Positions 23,903-36,700 of a DNA stretch of 64,000 nt are shown here, piece by piece. Where the stretch lies: positions 1-64,000 of the IMG/VR virus record IMGVR_UViG_3300012953_000015; one strand, 5' to 3'. The first letter of the stretch is position 1. The number at the start of each line of letters is the position of its first letter. The DNA comes from a virus. The notes beneath the pieces are model-generated. The model did no database searches. It was not told the origin of the DNA and saw only the letters and a program-made list of their open reading frames with translations. A program made the translations under genes and the position numbers.

Positions 23903-26900
23903 ATGGCAGCAATATTAGACCCAAAGACACGTTTTTTTGATACTCTTCTCACGAAAGAGGGAAGAAGGCAACTAGCATCTGGAGAATTAAGGATGCGGTA
24001 TGTCTCTTTTTCGGATAGAGCTACTACATACGATGATAGTGGAGATGGCGTAATCTACAACAAAGACGGTTCAGTCTTTTTTGAAGCAATGTCTAACCCG
24101 CAAGATCAAATAATACATGAAGCTCCTAGCATAGTTAACATGATGTCTATTAGAGATCCTGATTCACAACCTGTCTTCTTAAATGATAATAACGGTAACC
24201 GCATTCAGGCTGCTATGTTTGGGGATGAAGTTATTTCTCCGCCAGATGGAAGGTTTGTTTCTTCTTCTATCACTAGTGGCGTTGACAGAATCAATACAAT
24301 TTTTGATTTAAATAAGAACTTTTATGTAAGTGGAAGCGCTACTCGAGAAATAGAGTATAATTCTAGCTCAACTTTAAGGGGTTGGTGGGTTTTTGAAGAT
24401 ACCATGTCTCAATTAACTACCGCTGGTTTAAGCTTTACTAGCGAAAATATTGTTAGCATTACCACAGAAATTAATGAGGATAATCTTTCGCAAATAGAAG
24501 TAGATGGAAATACATACCTTGCCTTCAATGGAAGTTCTGATTTTAACTACATAAGGTTAAAAGGATTAGGAGTTAACAGAGGCGTTAAAATAGGCGATAG
24601 AATAGACTATGGAAATTTCTCAGGCTATATAATAAACAGAGTCGCTGACCAAAATTCAATAGATTCTTTTAGAATAAAGATTCGTTTAGCAGCTAAGCAA
24701 TTTAATGCTGAAGCCTCTGGACCTAATCAAATTGTCAAAAAAGGAATTGTTGGAACTTTAGGATCTTTTTTGATAACTGACGATAAAGTAAGTGAAAATC
24801 TAAAAAGAAACTCTTCGTTATCAACCAATGCTTCCTACGTAAAATCAGCAACTTCAGGCCCAAAATTTCTGAATGATTCGAGTCCTACGTTTTCAGACGT
24901 TCATCTAACGCATGTTTCTAGGAAAGTTAATAAATCTTATCAAAGCCGGCAAGATAGGGCAATTAGAATATCTCTAGAAGGACAGTTTTATGGAGTAAAC
25001 AACTTTCCTAAGAAAGATAATGTAAGTGGAGAAAAATTCGAAAACTATCCACCTGATTCAGCGAATCGGATAAATCTCGTCACCGGTGGTGCGGGTGGCT
25101 ATGAACCTTTAGGGAACCAATTATCTTTTAGTTTCTATTTAAATAATCCAGCTGACGGAAAAACCGAGACAATAGCATGCATTTATGGTCATAGTACTTA
25201 TGGAACCTATAGCCACGCCCTCCGCAACCTTCTTCGACAACAAAAAGCAAAATTGTATGTGATAAACGACGATTTGTTTCTTCGGATGGTAAACAGCTCA
25301 GGTGTAGGCCACTTTACTATTCAGATACTTAATTCTATTAAGCCAAAAAACTGGCATCGAGTTTCTTTGGCATGGAATAAACACTATATTTCTTTAGTTT
25401 TAGATGGAAATATGAAAACTTCTAAAACTGTTGTCAATCACGAGCGAATCTTAGAGTATGGTGGAGGTGATATTTTCACTGCAAATGAAATGAGGGCTAA
25501 TACTGGATACATATTTGAAGACCCGGTCAGTGGACTCAGAAACGCTCAGCCGACTCATCATTACATTATGCCTAATCAACCAATTGATTTGATATTAGGG
25601 AATGAACCTACCTTCGACCACGTTAATGAGCTGTCTCCGACTCAATTTTCCTTTGTTGACGATACTTATTTAGATGGATATATTCAGAGTTGTGAATATT
25701 ATATTGATGATATAGATAATACAGATTACAGTTTAGGAATTACAACACAAACAAATTCAGATAATGATGTTCCTAACGGGAAAGCTAAAATTGGAAATAT
25801 GAATGTTCCAATTTTTAATAATTCAGTTAACTTTTCTAAGTATTTTGAGTTTAAATACGACTTGAATAAAGCCTACATAGTTAGCAAACTAGAAGATGCC
25901 AATGCCGCGAAAGCAAGAGTAACTTTTGCTCATGCTTACGATCCTAGATACGATAATGTTAACAACCCGCTTTCAATAACTCTAAGAGATTCAGTGGATA
26001 ATACAGTAGTTTTCAAGAGCACAAAAACAACAACTATTCCAAACGCTCGATCTGAAAAGGTAAATAACAATGAATACAAATTCAAGATTCCTGATTACTC
26101 TATTGAAGGAGCTAAAATAAACTTCAGCTCGAAGCAAGTTTTAGCTGAAAATTTTGCAGATGCTGTTAATCGAGCTAATGCTAATCAAAATTTATTCATT
26201 ACAGCAACCCATGAAACCAGCGATATTAATGATTTACCAACAGACAGTACAGTATCTCTAACCCAAGGCAACCAAGGTGCGTCGGGTAACACACTGATAG
26301 AATTTAGTTCCTATAATCCTGATTCTATTTTCAAAAAAGATTTTTCTGGTGGCGAAGTTTCTGGGTATTTAGCGAGAGGTTCTAGTTGGACTAATAGGCA
26401 ACGTCTATCAAACACTGCGGACCATTTTGGTGTAAGGGATGCGTCTCTCGATTCTGTTTATTTAAACTATTACGATATACCAATCGAAGCAGATGTTTCT
26501 AACAGGAGTTGGATTCACTCTCATTTCATTGCTAGTGAAGCTACTCTTTATGTTGCAGCTGTAAGCGGTTCTATTTATCAAAAAGAACATCAAGTTAATA
26601 GGGAAAATATTGTTTTGGATTTTGAAAGTTTAGTAAAATCCGTTTCCTCGATACTTTCGGGTTCTGTTAGTTCTTATAAAGATTTAAAACTTTTATCTCA
26701 CTTAGACTTGGATCTTACCGAAGACAATCAAGGTTTAGAAGTTATACGTTACAAGCAAGAAAGAGAAGGCAATTTCTTAGAATTAGGAGAAAATTTGACT
26801 GAGCATGAGACAAGGTCATTTAAAACTCGCTATGAAAATTTTCAGTTTGTAGAGCATGCTTATGGTCAACATAATGATTATTCTGTGCAGGTTCCTAATA

Positions 26901-27748
26901 TAAATTCTTTAGATCCAGCATCGCCAATATCTGGCTTGTTTTTTCAAAAAGAAGCAACTTTGCTTAACATAGAAGAAGTTATCGATAATGATTTAGATGA
27001 AGACGAAAACACAAGAAGCTCTACTAGGCTTCCTAATTTCTTTATTCTTCCTCCTATTAGGGTGGAAAATTTTGTTTTTTCCGATCCAGATTTTACGATA
27101 GACACCACGAAGGGACGCGCTCGTCCGTGGAGGCAGTTTCTAAATATTATCACCAGAAGTATAAAAGAAGAACACCGCAGCTACGAATCTGCAATTGCCT
27201 TTTATTCACACCAAATATCAAATTTTTACAAGAGTTTAATACCTCGACAAACTTTACAGGCAATCTTTGACAATAGTAACCTAGTAGGTCATAATGCAGA
27301 CTCTAATGAAGACATCGTAAAATATTTAAGCAGAGATGCCAATGCTGGGCCATTAAATAAAATTAATTCTTCTCTTCACGATTTTAACGAAGTTATTGAG
27401 TTTACAAAAACTAGTTTTAATCAAAATACTTTTGTTCAAATGTTTGAATTATCAAAAGATAATGGTAAACCAACTTTTAAAAAATTAGCGATAAGAGATT
27501 TAGGCGTTTTTTATAAGTTCGAATGGTCAACAGCTACAGAAATTCAATTCAATGGAACTCCTAGAAATGATTTAGACCAACGACCTATGGACGATGTAAC
27601 GATATTAGGTCCTTCTCCACTGCAACATCAGAAACTAGTTCATGCTTTTACTTTTGGAAAAATCATAAGAGATAAGCAAGGAAACCAACCAGGAACTGGG
27701 GTATATTATTTGCCTATTTTCTATTTCGAAGCTGAGATTGGAAGTTAA
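23903..27748 (+). CDS. Putative baseplate or tail structural protein (1281 aa) with a LamG-like domain
   Basis: The N-terminus LDPKTRFFDTLLTKEGRRQLA...FSD parallels the 46266 gene. It has LamG-like LSFSFYLN...NWHRVSLAWN...LVLDG...LDGYI (~25120-25710) and the shared 'AVN.A...L.ITA...LTQ...G..GNT...FSGG' module. Confidence 0.6.
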   Translation: MAAILDPKTRFFDTLLTKEGRRQLASGELRMRYVSFSDRATTYDDSGDGVIYNKDGSVFFEAMSNPQDQIIHEAPSIVNMMSIRDPDSQPVFLNDNNGNRIQAAMFGDEVISPPDGRFVSSSITSGVDRINTIFDLNKNFYVSGSATREIEYNSSSTLRGWWVFEDTMSQLTTAGLSFTSENIVSITTEINEDNLSQIEVDGNTYLAFNGSSDFNYIRLKGLGVNRGVKIGDRIDYGNFSGYIINRVADQNSIDSFRIKIRLAAKQFNAEASGPNQIVKKGIVGTLGSFLITDDKVSENLKRNSSLSTNASYVKSATSGPKFLNDSSPTFSDVHLTHVSRKVNKSYQSRQDRAIRISLEGQFYGVNNFPKKDNVSGEKFENYPPDSANRINLVTGGAGGYEPLGNQLSFSFYLNNPADGKTETIACIYGHSTYGTYSHALRNLLRQQKAKLYVINDDLFLRMVNSSGVGHFTIQILNSIKPKNWHRVSLAWNKHYISLVLDGNMKTSKTVVNHERILEYGGGDIFTANEMRANTGYIFEDPVSGLRNAQPTHHYIMPNQPIDLILGNEPTFDHVNELSPTQFSFVDDTYLDGYIQSCEYYIDDIDNTDYSLGITTQTNSDNDVPNGKAKIGNMNVPIFNNSVNFSKYFEFKYDLNKAYIVSKLEDANAAKARVTFAHAYDPRYDNVNNPLSITLRDSVDNTVVFKSTKTTTIPNARSEKVNNNEYKFKIPDYSIEGAKINFSSKQVLAENFADAVNRANANQNLFITATHETSDINDLPTDSTVSLTQGNQGASGNTLIEFSSYNPDSIFKKDFSGGEVSGYLARGSSWTNRQRLSNTADHFGVRDASLDSVYLNYYDIPIEADVSNRSWIHSHFIASEATLYVAAVSGSIYQKEHQVNRENIVLDFESLVKSVSSILSGSVSSYKDLKLLSHLDLDLTEDNQGLEVIRYKQEREGNFLELGENLTEHETRSFKTRYENFQFVEHAYGQHNDYSVQVPNINSLDPASPISGLFFQKEATLLNIEEVIDNDLDEDENTRSSTRLPNFFILPPIRVENFVFSDPDFTIDTTKGRARPWRQFLNIITRSIKEEHRSYESAIAFYSHQISNFYKSLIPRQTLQAIFDNSNLVGHNADSNEDIVKYLSRDANAGPLNKINSSLHDFNEVIEFTKTSFNQNTFVQMFELSKDNGKPTFKKLAIRDLGVFYKFEWSTATEIQFNGTPRNDLDQRPMDDVTILGPSPLQHQKLVHAFTFGKIIRDKQGNQPGTGVYYLPIFYFEAEIGS

Positions 27749-27756
27749 ATATTAAT

Positions 27757-30726
27757 ATGTACGATAATAAAATTTACAATTATAAAGATTATGAAGCTGG
27801 CGCAAGAATAAGAGCGATCAAAGATGGGATGAGAAACTTTTTATATGGTGGCAATAGTAACACTCTCGGAAAACCTGTTCAAACAGACCCAGATTTTTTT
27901 TCTATAGTAGCTTCATTAAAAAGACCAATACAATTAGAGGGAAAAGATAGAAGTATTCAGCTAGCTAAAATAAAATTTAGGTACACTTACACTTACGCGT
28001 GTCTTTTTGATACAATACAAATACTAACAAGAGATCCTTTAGATTCTTCAAAGTACGTTGAAATTTCATCTAAAAACATTGTAGAATCTTTGGGTGTAGA
28101 GGAAAAATCTATTGTAGATTATTTGAAAGGCTTTTTAAAAGGCGTAAATAATTTTTTAACAGTAAAAGAAAGTAAAAGAAACGGTTATCATGTTGATTTT
28201 GAAAACGTTCCTATTAGAACTTTATTAGAATATATAGGAGAATATTCAGCGGTTTTAGCAATGCCGGCTGACTCATCACCAGCTAATCAGCCTATTGCTC
28301 CAATTATGAGTCAATTCCCCCAACTTTGCAGTGCTGGCCGCGGCAGTAGCCGAAAAATATATCTCTATAGTGATGAAGCTTTTGAATCAACATCTCATTG
28401 GAGCCAATTACCTTTAGTTCTAAAAGATGATCTTCGCAAATCTTTAAAAGTATTAAGTTACTTAAAAGAAAATGATCTTGCTGTATATGAAAAATCTTTT
28501 AAAAGTTGCTGTGAAGATTTAATAAGAAAAAATACAGATCCAATGTCAATTTTTAGTAACTTTAATCCTATTTTTAAGAACGAGAGAAATTTAAATGAAG
28601 TTAAATTATCTTTAGAAGAAATTAATTTGATATCCTATTTTATGATGAATGCTGGCTGTGAATATAATCCTGATAAGCTTCATAATAGAGACAACCCAAA
28701 CATTTTTAGGTCTGGTTTAAAGCCAGTTAATGCAGCTCATAACTATAATATTTTTGAAAAGATTATTAGTTTAGAACATTTCTCCTCAGAACATATTAGA
28801 AAAAATTTATTTATAGCTTTTGTTAATAAAGATTCTAAAGGAAGAATTATATCTTCTGCAACCTCTAAACCAATAAGCGTGCACGAAGCTGTGGGTAAAT
28901 CTATTCAAGTAACTCACAGACAAAATAGATTTCCAACGCCTCCTGTGATTCAATTTGATGCTAAAGATCCAGAAAAGATAAATATTTCTTCTATAGATAG
29001 CATCGAATCTGCAGGCGGGACTGCCGCATCACAAGTTTTTTTCTCTATAAGAGCTTATGGGGAAGAATATTCTGCTGAATACGGAGATGAAGAAAAAGCA
29101 GCTCAAAGTTCTAATGCAGTTTACCAATGTAAAGAACTTGGCCGGCCGACAATTGAAAATTCTACTGCTGATGTATATTCAATGCTCAATGAACTTGAGT
29201 TCGACGTTGCTTATCCTTTTACTAAAACGCAAATACAAAGAATCTTTATAAGAAATAATAATACTGGTGAAAATATTACTTTTTCTAAAGTTTTTAGTCA
29301 CGATTCTAGCCTTTATCAAAAAATAATCGGAGAAAAATATTCTAATATTGAAGAAAAACTTCGAGGAATAAATGCAATTGGTTTTTCCATTAATAATAAC
29401 GATTCAGAAGAACATCATCCACAAAATTTAATAAAAATTTATGATATTCCTAGACAGTTAAGAATAAGCAAAGTTACGTTTTTCTCAGGTATCCCTGTTA
29501 GTCTTTCAACTCAAGATAATCAAAATCAACAATTAGCGTATGTTGAAGGTTCTAACACTATTGTTCACAACGATCCAATACCCGGAGAAAAATATACATA
29601 TGTCATTAACTTTGCAGAAAAAGATACAGGGATTATAACTAAAAACGCAAAAATAGAAGTTAAAGTAAAAACTGCCAGAATGTCAAATCTCAATCTAAAC
29701 CTAGTCAGGGGAGTAACTTTATTAGAGAAAGAATCTGAAGAACTTGGTTCATACAACTACTATAAAGTTTCCATAGCTGGTCAAAATTTGAGAGATTACA
29801 GGGCAAATTTCGTAAACAGGACTATAGATAAGATTTTCCCTCCACCCCTAGAGGGTGATGGCGGCGAAGCAAGAGAAACTTTTGCTGATAAAGTTAAAGA
29901 AAAACTTAACGAAGATTTGTCAGTAATTGGAAGTAGTTTTAGGTTAGCGGTTTTAAAGTATAACAAAAATTCCGGAGATTTGATAAATGAAAATATTTTA
30001 GAAAGCCTTTCCGACGATGATCAAAACAGGTACTTTGAAATCAAAATTCCGAGAAATGGTCGACCTATGGTGATAGGTTATAATTTGATTATTGATAATC
30101 CTTTTGAAAATATAAACTTAGATGAAATAGTAGAAGGAGACGACGTAAATAAGACAAAGTTTTTAAGAAAAACTAGCAAGTATTTTAATGATATAACTAT
30201 CAATACCGGCATTTTACCTGGCCCGAACAGAGAAGACAATGACAAAAATGCTAGGTTTAATAATGTGTTTGGTTCTGATTTCGATTTTGCTAATTCAACT
30301 TGCATAGGAGGGGTTTTTGAACATTATGGAAACAACATTCCATCATCGTTTGGATTTTCTGCAGAACTCTCTGCGTCCCCTCTATATAACGGAGAATTTT
30401 CTTTACGATGGCAAGCAGAAAAACCACAAGATTTTTTATCAAATAGTATAGATTTTTTTGTTGTCACTTGCGTCATAATGAAGAACGAAATAGAACATTT
30501 AGAGTTTCCTATTGATGCTCATCCATATATTACTAATGAAAATTTCGAACCGTTTGCATGTAATATAAGGACTAGAAGTTTTGAAGGAATAGCTAGCTAC
30601 GTAAAATTTAGAGTTTATATTGTGAATAATAATTTTAATATTTCTAACATATTCTCAGAATCTCAGACTGTAAATGTATCTTCTAGGTTACATGTCAGGT
30701 CTGATCAAGGAAGGGTGATATTATAA
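27757..30726 (+). CDS. Hypothetical, probably virion-associated protein (989 aa)
   Basis: Long ORF in the structural cluster with beta-rich segments (DPIPGEKYTYVINF; FSLRWQ). TAATG-coupled to the next gene. Confidence 0.55.
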   Translation: MYDNKIYNYKDYEAGARIRAIKDGMRNFLYGGNSNTLGKPVQTDPDFFSIVASLKRPIQLEGKDRSIQLAKIKFRYTYTYACLFDTIQILTRDPLDSSKYVEISSKNIVESLGVEEKSIVDYLKGFLKGVNNFLTVKESKRNGYHVDFENVPIRTLLEYIGEYSAVLAMPADSSPANQPIAPIMSQFPQLCSAGRGSSRKIYLYSDEAFESTSHWSQLPLVLKDDLRKSLKVLSYLKENDLAVYEKSFKSCCEDLIRKNTDPMSIFSNFNPIFKNERNLNEVKLSLEEINLISYFMMNAGCEYNPDKLHNRDNPNIFRSGLKPVNAAHNYNIFEKIISLEHFSSEHIRKNLFIAFVNKDSKGRIISSATSKPISVHEAVGKSIQVTHRQNRFPTPPVIQFDAKDPEKINISSIDSIESAGGTAASQVFFSIRAYGEEYSAEYGDEEKAAQSSNAVYQCKELGRPTIENSTADVYSMLNELEFDVAYPFTKTQIQRIFIRNNNTGENITFSKVFSHDSSLYQKIIGEKYSNIEEKLRGINAIGFSINNNDSEEHHPQNLIKIYDIPRQLRISKVTFFSGIPVSLSTQDNQNQQLAYVEGSNTIVHNDPIPGEKYTYVINFAEKDTGIITKNAKIEVKVKTARMSNLNLNLVRGVTLLEKESEELGSYNYYKVSIAGQNLRDYRANFVNRTIDKIFPPPLEGDGGEARETFADKVKEKLNEDLSVIGSSFRLAVLKYNKNSGDLINENILESLSDDDQNRYFEIKIPRNGRPMVIGYNLIIDNPFENINLDEIVEGDDVNKTKFLRKTSKYFNDITINTGILPGPNREDNDKNARFNNVFGSDFDFANSTCIGGVFEHYGNNIPSSFGFSAELSASPLYNGEFSLRWQAEKPQDFLSNSIDFFVVTCVIMKNEIEHLEFPIDAHPYITNENFEPFACNIRTRSFEGIASYVKFRVYIVNNNFNISNIFSESQTVNVSSRLHVRSDQGRVIL

Positions 30727-33700
30727 TGAGTATTCCAGAAAACTTTTTCTCCTTTCCTAGCCTTGATGAAACTCCGATGAGCAGACGCGCTCAAGATTTA
30801 GCAGTAGATCGAAATTTTGTAAACTCTCCACCAGAAAGATCATTGACCAATGGAGAAAACCTCGTCGGGAATATGCAAACTAGATTTGGGACTTCCTCAG
30901 ACTTCACCGATGTCCGTACACAATCCCCCGCCGCTAGGAACAATACAGAATTAGTCCACTCGAATGGATTAGTAAACCGTCTCATTTCACCTCGTCGTAG
31001 CGCTAAATTTCTTCCAAAACAAGTTGGCCATCTTTTCCCGTTTATTTACAATCTCGATGATCCCGACGCTAGGATAACAACTTCAATACCATTCGGAGAT
31101 TTTTCTTTTTTGCTTACTTTTGAAGAATTTTCAAGAGAAGAAGCTCAAATATTAGCAGATTTTAATTACGTGCCTCTTAATGAGGGTATAGAAGATGTAG
31201 TTGATGATCCTGAATTTTCAAGTATTAGATTTCTAGAATCAGATTCAGCTTTTGAGTGGAAGAAAAATTGCGAAGCTTCTATTTGGAGAAAGTGGGTTTC
31301 TACATGTATCATAATGGAATCTTCTTTACCTGATGAAGATATAAATGGAGGGCCAACCCAAGGCCAACGTATTTTTGAATCATTCCGGATAATTTCAGCA
31401 GCCGAACAGGCACAGAGAAAAGATCTTCAAGATTCAGACATCTACCGGGCTAATTTATTATCTTCGGGTGTTTCTCACGAAGTATTTTCTCAACCTAGTT
31501 CCGAACATACAGGCAAAAGTATGTTTCATGCCCTAAAATCAATGCAAGCCCCGACATCAAAAGAAGAACTTAGCGGGATGCTTTTTTCTCTTTACTCTAA
31601 TTATGTTCCAGCTGAAATGGCTAGAAATGCAATTAAGTTTGTAATAGAAGCTTATTCAAATATATTTTTGGCAGATGAAATTTTTATCAAAAATGCTTCA
31701 GCTCACCCTATCTCTAATGATCCTAAGAAGAGAAAATTGTATGAGCTGGGTGAAGAAAACATTTTTAAATCTTTTCTTACAAAAATTCCAACAGTTCAAG
31801 GTTTAAGAAACTCAGGCCTAACTAACAACGATGATCTTTTAATCGAATCTGATCGCGAAGACCCTAGAAGAGCTAGAGCTATTTTAGAAGAGCTAGTTTT
31901 TAACTGTCCTCAAACAGATCGAACTCCTGCGAGTCTTTCTTATAAGTTACCAATTCAAGGTACTTACATTAAGCCTATCGCTATTCAAAAAGGGTATTCA
32001 GATAATGGGCAGGATCCTTTAACTGAGATCGAATACCATCATCTTGCTAGTATATTCGATCCCGGAAAAGTAACTACTAGGTTGGTAGAACCTACTACAT
32101 CTTCACTTTTTTTGAAAAATAGCTTATTTTTATTTAGGCATATATGGTCTTACATTAAGGATTTCACTTACGAACAAATCACATATCAGCAAGAAAACGT
32201 TCAAAATTCTCTTAATAATGTTGGCTCAATCGTCGCTTTCGGTTTCCTAGAACATAGAAGAGGAGGAGATGGCTTTCCGGAAAGTGATCTAATCCGAGCA
32301 GATATGCAAGGATCTAATTACGCTCGAGCGTTAAAAATAAGAAAGATTCTTTTTAATGCTAGGGCTCAATCGCTTTTCAGAGATGCGCCAATAGTGAATT
32401 CAGCATCAAGCTACAGCTTTGAATCAATGATATCAGAGAACCCATCTGATGCAGATGATATCCAGGATGCTTTTTTGCCTCAGATAAAGGTAACAGTTGG
32501 CGAAAATCCAGAAAACACTCGGAACGTGATATATTGCCCTTATTTAGTAGATGATGTTAAATTCGTTACAAATTCTGGTCAAGAAGTTAGGGTAGTAACA
32601 GCTAGAGATCTTTTAAAAATAAAAAAAAGGATAGGAGATATCTTGCTATCTACATCTCCAGATACAGAAGCAAGAACTCGCAATCAAGAAAATATCGTTA
32701 AAGATGTACATGCATCAGACTCTGCATTTACTATTAGCATTATTGACTCTTTCCTAAGGCGTTTAGTTCCTTTGGAAAGAGATTTTGATCCTAAGGGAGA
32801 ACCCGGTTCTCCTATGCCAATAAGACAAGCTCGAGCTAATCCAACCTACAGCCACGGAAGATTAGCAAAGCTAAATGTTTTATTAACTCCGGAAAATATA
32901 GTTGCTCACATTGGAAAGAGGAAGTTAGGAAAATACCTTTTCGATCTTTCTCTTAATTACGAATATTACACGACAAATCATAACAGGGTCAGTAACTATG
33001 CTCCTACTGCTAATCAAGGATTCGCTGTTAAAGTCTATGATTCATCCTCGCCTGGTGCAGCAACATCAGCAGCCGGCTTAAGGCAGATAATAGAAGAAGA
33101 TTTTCGAGTAGGTCACGGTGATGGAGATCCTGCAATATTTACTTACTTAGAACAGTCAGAAGCTAGGCTACAAGCTAACAATGGTAGGTATAACAGTTCT
33201 GGTTTTAATATGCTAAGTGAAACCGCTGGTTCAATAAACGTAGCAGCCGGAGGTGATATCCCGAAAGAGATGCTGAGTTTGTTAAACTGTAGCGTTCTTC
33301 GCACCCGCTTTCCAGGGGTTTCAAAAGCAAAAATCAAATTTGCAAGAAAGTTTTATATTCTATTATCAACGTTAGGTCAAATAGCTGGTGACTTCGCCAA
33401 CATGGACCGAGATGGAGAAACGAATGTTCGACTTCCTTATTTTATGGCCCAGAAAAGAAAGGTCAAGGCTCAAACTTCTTCAAACAGCGAAGCTTTTGAA
33501 AATGTGAACCAAGTTAACTTTGGTTCTAATGCAGATTTAGCAGATCTTATATTTCACGACTTTATACAAAGATGCAATAAACTCACAGGCATAGACAGAG
33601 TCGCATATTTACAAGTTCTTGGAGACGATGCCCCCGGTATACCTGAATCACTCGCTGCTCTATTTCGACAAAATAGTATCATGTCAGTAGCAGCTCCTCA

Positions 33701-36700
33701 AAATCATGATTGGAAATTCTCTAACTTACCGGTGCAAGAATATCTATTAATAATAGAGTACGTCAGTTCTATTCTTGTTGATGATTATCTAAGATCAATA
33801 ATTCAACAAAGCTTTGTAATAGAACAAGAGATGAGCCAAATTCCACGGAACTTAAACGAAATTGAAAGAGTTTATCGTGATACTCTAGCGCAAGCGATGA
33901 CATATATATTGGACGGGCAGGTAGAATCTTTGGATAATGCCGGCCCAGAGACGCAAGCAAACATTCTCTCAAAGCTTGAAAAGTATTTTTCCAATGTTTC
34001 TGGCGGATCGATAAATTATTTTAATGTAGTAAAAGATTATTTATTTGGTGCTCCTCAAAGTTCATATAGATCTGCGACTGAATCTAATATGGAAGCAACA
34101 GAAACTTTAAATTTGAGGAATTTTAATGGAGATGTTGAAACTCGTTCTTTAGCATCTTCCGTATATGGCATAGGCGCAGGTGGATTGCTATCAGGGACAG
34201 GTTTTGCAGGCGTTTTAATCGATCCCGATAATGCTAGCAGGGTTAATGAAGATGTTCATAGAGAGCTAAAAACTCATATTCTAAAATTGGATAGAGAAAC
34301 TAATATTTTAGTATTATTTTCAGAGTTTATATGCGGTCAACTTTTTTATGGTATAGATCATCCTTTAGGAACTACTGATAATTATGATTTATTTCATTCT
34401 TTTTCAGATTATGAGCCTAATTCACTAGGCATTTTAAATATGCTCTTTAATCCCACCAACGATGATCTAGCCGACGAATACGAAAATCCCGCCATGGACC
34501 GCAGCGATACTGGGGAATTTGTTTCATCTTTTCTCGAGAACCCTTCTCACCTGCCGCATAAGCATCTTACTGAAGTCATATTGGAATACATAGAAATATG
34601 TGATAGCATCATAGAAACTCTTCCTAGGGTTAATTTTGAGTTAAAAAATACAATCAATGATTATCATCTAGGCCAGCATGATGACAGAGACGTTAGATAT
34701 GCCACTGGCAACGGAGAGTACGGAATTGATTCTGCTGGAGCGAATTACACAAATGAATTTGGCCCAAATCAAAATGATCTTGATCTTGCCATCCACGCCG
34801 AGCAAAATGCCCTACTCACCAACCCGACTCAATTCGGTGCCCTTTCGACTATTGATCAGGGCAGCGCTTTTTTTGATGCAGGAAACAATCAAGAAAGATT
34901 AGAAGAACATGCTAACGCTTTCAACAATTATCTTCAAAGGGCTAATGACTATTTTAGAGCAGCTTCAAAGGTCCTGTCAGTGCAACCAACTTTTAGGTTA
35001 TCTATAGTCAGAAACCGTGCCGTCGGCCATGACGATTCATTTTCTAAAATCAACGCTTTAGGGTTTTTACCTCATATATCTATCCAAACTGAGTATACCC
35101 AGCAATTAGCAAGAGAGATTTGTGAAAAATTTCAGACTGCAAATTCAGATTATTCAGCGGCTTCTGACGCGTCTAGAGATGTTCATCAACGCCCCTTCAT
35201 TATCGGTAATTCTTTTTATGATCGAATCGGCTTAGAGCCGGCTTTTGACGATCATATTAGTCCAAGCCCAAATAACGACTCAAGAAATTCGGCTGCAGGA
35301 AGTTTACACCATTTATCAATACCCCATGGTATATCTCTCGATGAATTCGTAAAAACGATGTATCATGATATGGAAAATGTTTTAAGAGAAGCTGGAAATA
35401 ATGCAAGAGCAGACCGGCTTAACAATAATGTCTTTCCTGCGTTCGATGGCCGGAGGATAACAAATATAATCCCTTTTTATAAGAATAGAGTATCTACTTA
35501 TAAGCAGGCAGGCATCGCAGCTGAAGCAGAGTACGATGAAGTAAGTACTTTTTATGGTTATCCTGTAAACGCTTTTAAAAAGAGAGATCGACAACAAGTA
35601 GAACTGGGCAACGGTCTAAGGGAGTCAACCAGTGGCCATGGCCATGCTTCTAAATCGACCTTGGTAACTAATGATGTTCAAGGTCTCGAATCAGCCAGAC
35701 TTCGTATACAAGAAAGAGACTATGACGAAGGAAATTTAAATCATGATAAGAGATTTTATGATATTGATCGAATAACAAGGAGATTAATCAACCCCAACCC
35801 ACGGCGCCGGGATTTTGAGCCGACTGCAATAAATCAAGATTTTGCAGATTTTATTGCTCGTGAAATTTATCTAAACGATATAGCAGTAATACCTCCGAGT
35901 TGGTATGCAGAACTTCATAAAAAGTTTCCCCCTATTCAAGAAATGGAACTAAAAAAAGATTTGTTTCTTTCGATAGGAGGAGACGGGACGGCAAATATCA
36001 ACCCGCAACTCGCCGTTCCTAATGAAGGCGAAATTTTAAACTCTTTAGGGCTTAGTAAAGACATAAAAGGGATAGTAACTCAAGGCACTGAAGATACCGG
36101 TTTAAGTACATCTTCTACGTATATAGAGGTTAAATACAGGGTTAGAAAAATAAAATATAAGTTTCATCGTGCTCATGGGGCGGCTCCTTTCTTTAATACT
36201 GATAAAATTGGACAAAGCACTCACTTTGTTACATTCAACCCTGAGCCCAATCGAGTTAGAGCATCTACTATAGGTTTTATGCCAGATCGTTTCGGCCCGC
36301 AAGTTGGCCCAACTAGCCCTGTCAATGGTGCATATCAACTAGTGGAAGAAGAAGGGTCAACTACACTTCAACACTATGTATCCAGCAGATCAAAAAGAGC
36401 TTACTGGATGCCCTTATATGAAAAAATGGGCAAGAACTTTGCCGGTGAAGGACTAACCCAACCGAACCCTCCTTACGTCGGTTTTTCTAAATTACGAGAT
36501 TTAAAAATTAATTCTATTCAAGTTTCAAACTTGAAAGTAAGATCTAAAAATTTCGCTTATCAAATGTCTAAGATGTCAAATCTTTTCCAATATATGGAGA
36601 AGTATCAACCTACTTCGACTAACCAGCACTCAGTTGGGATGAAAGCTTTTGATAACATGTTTTATGATGCGCTTACTGGCGGAGGAAGGTTCCATTCCAC

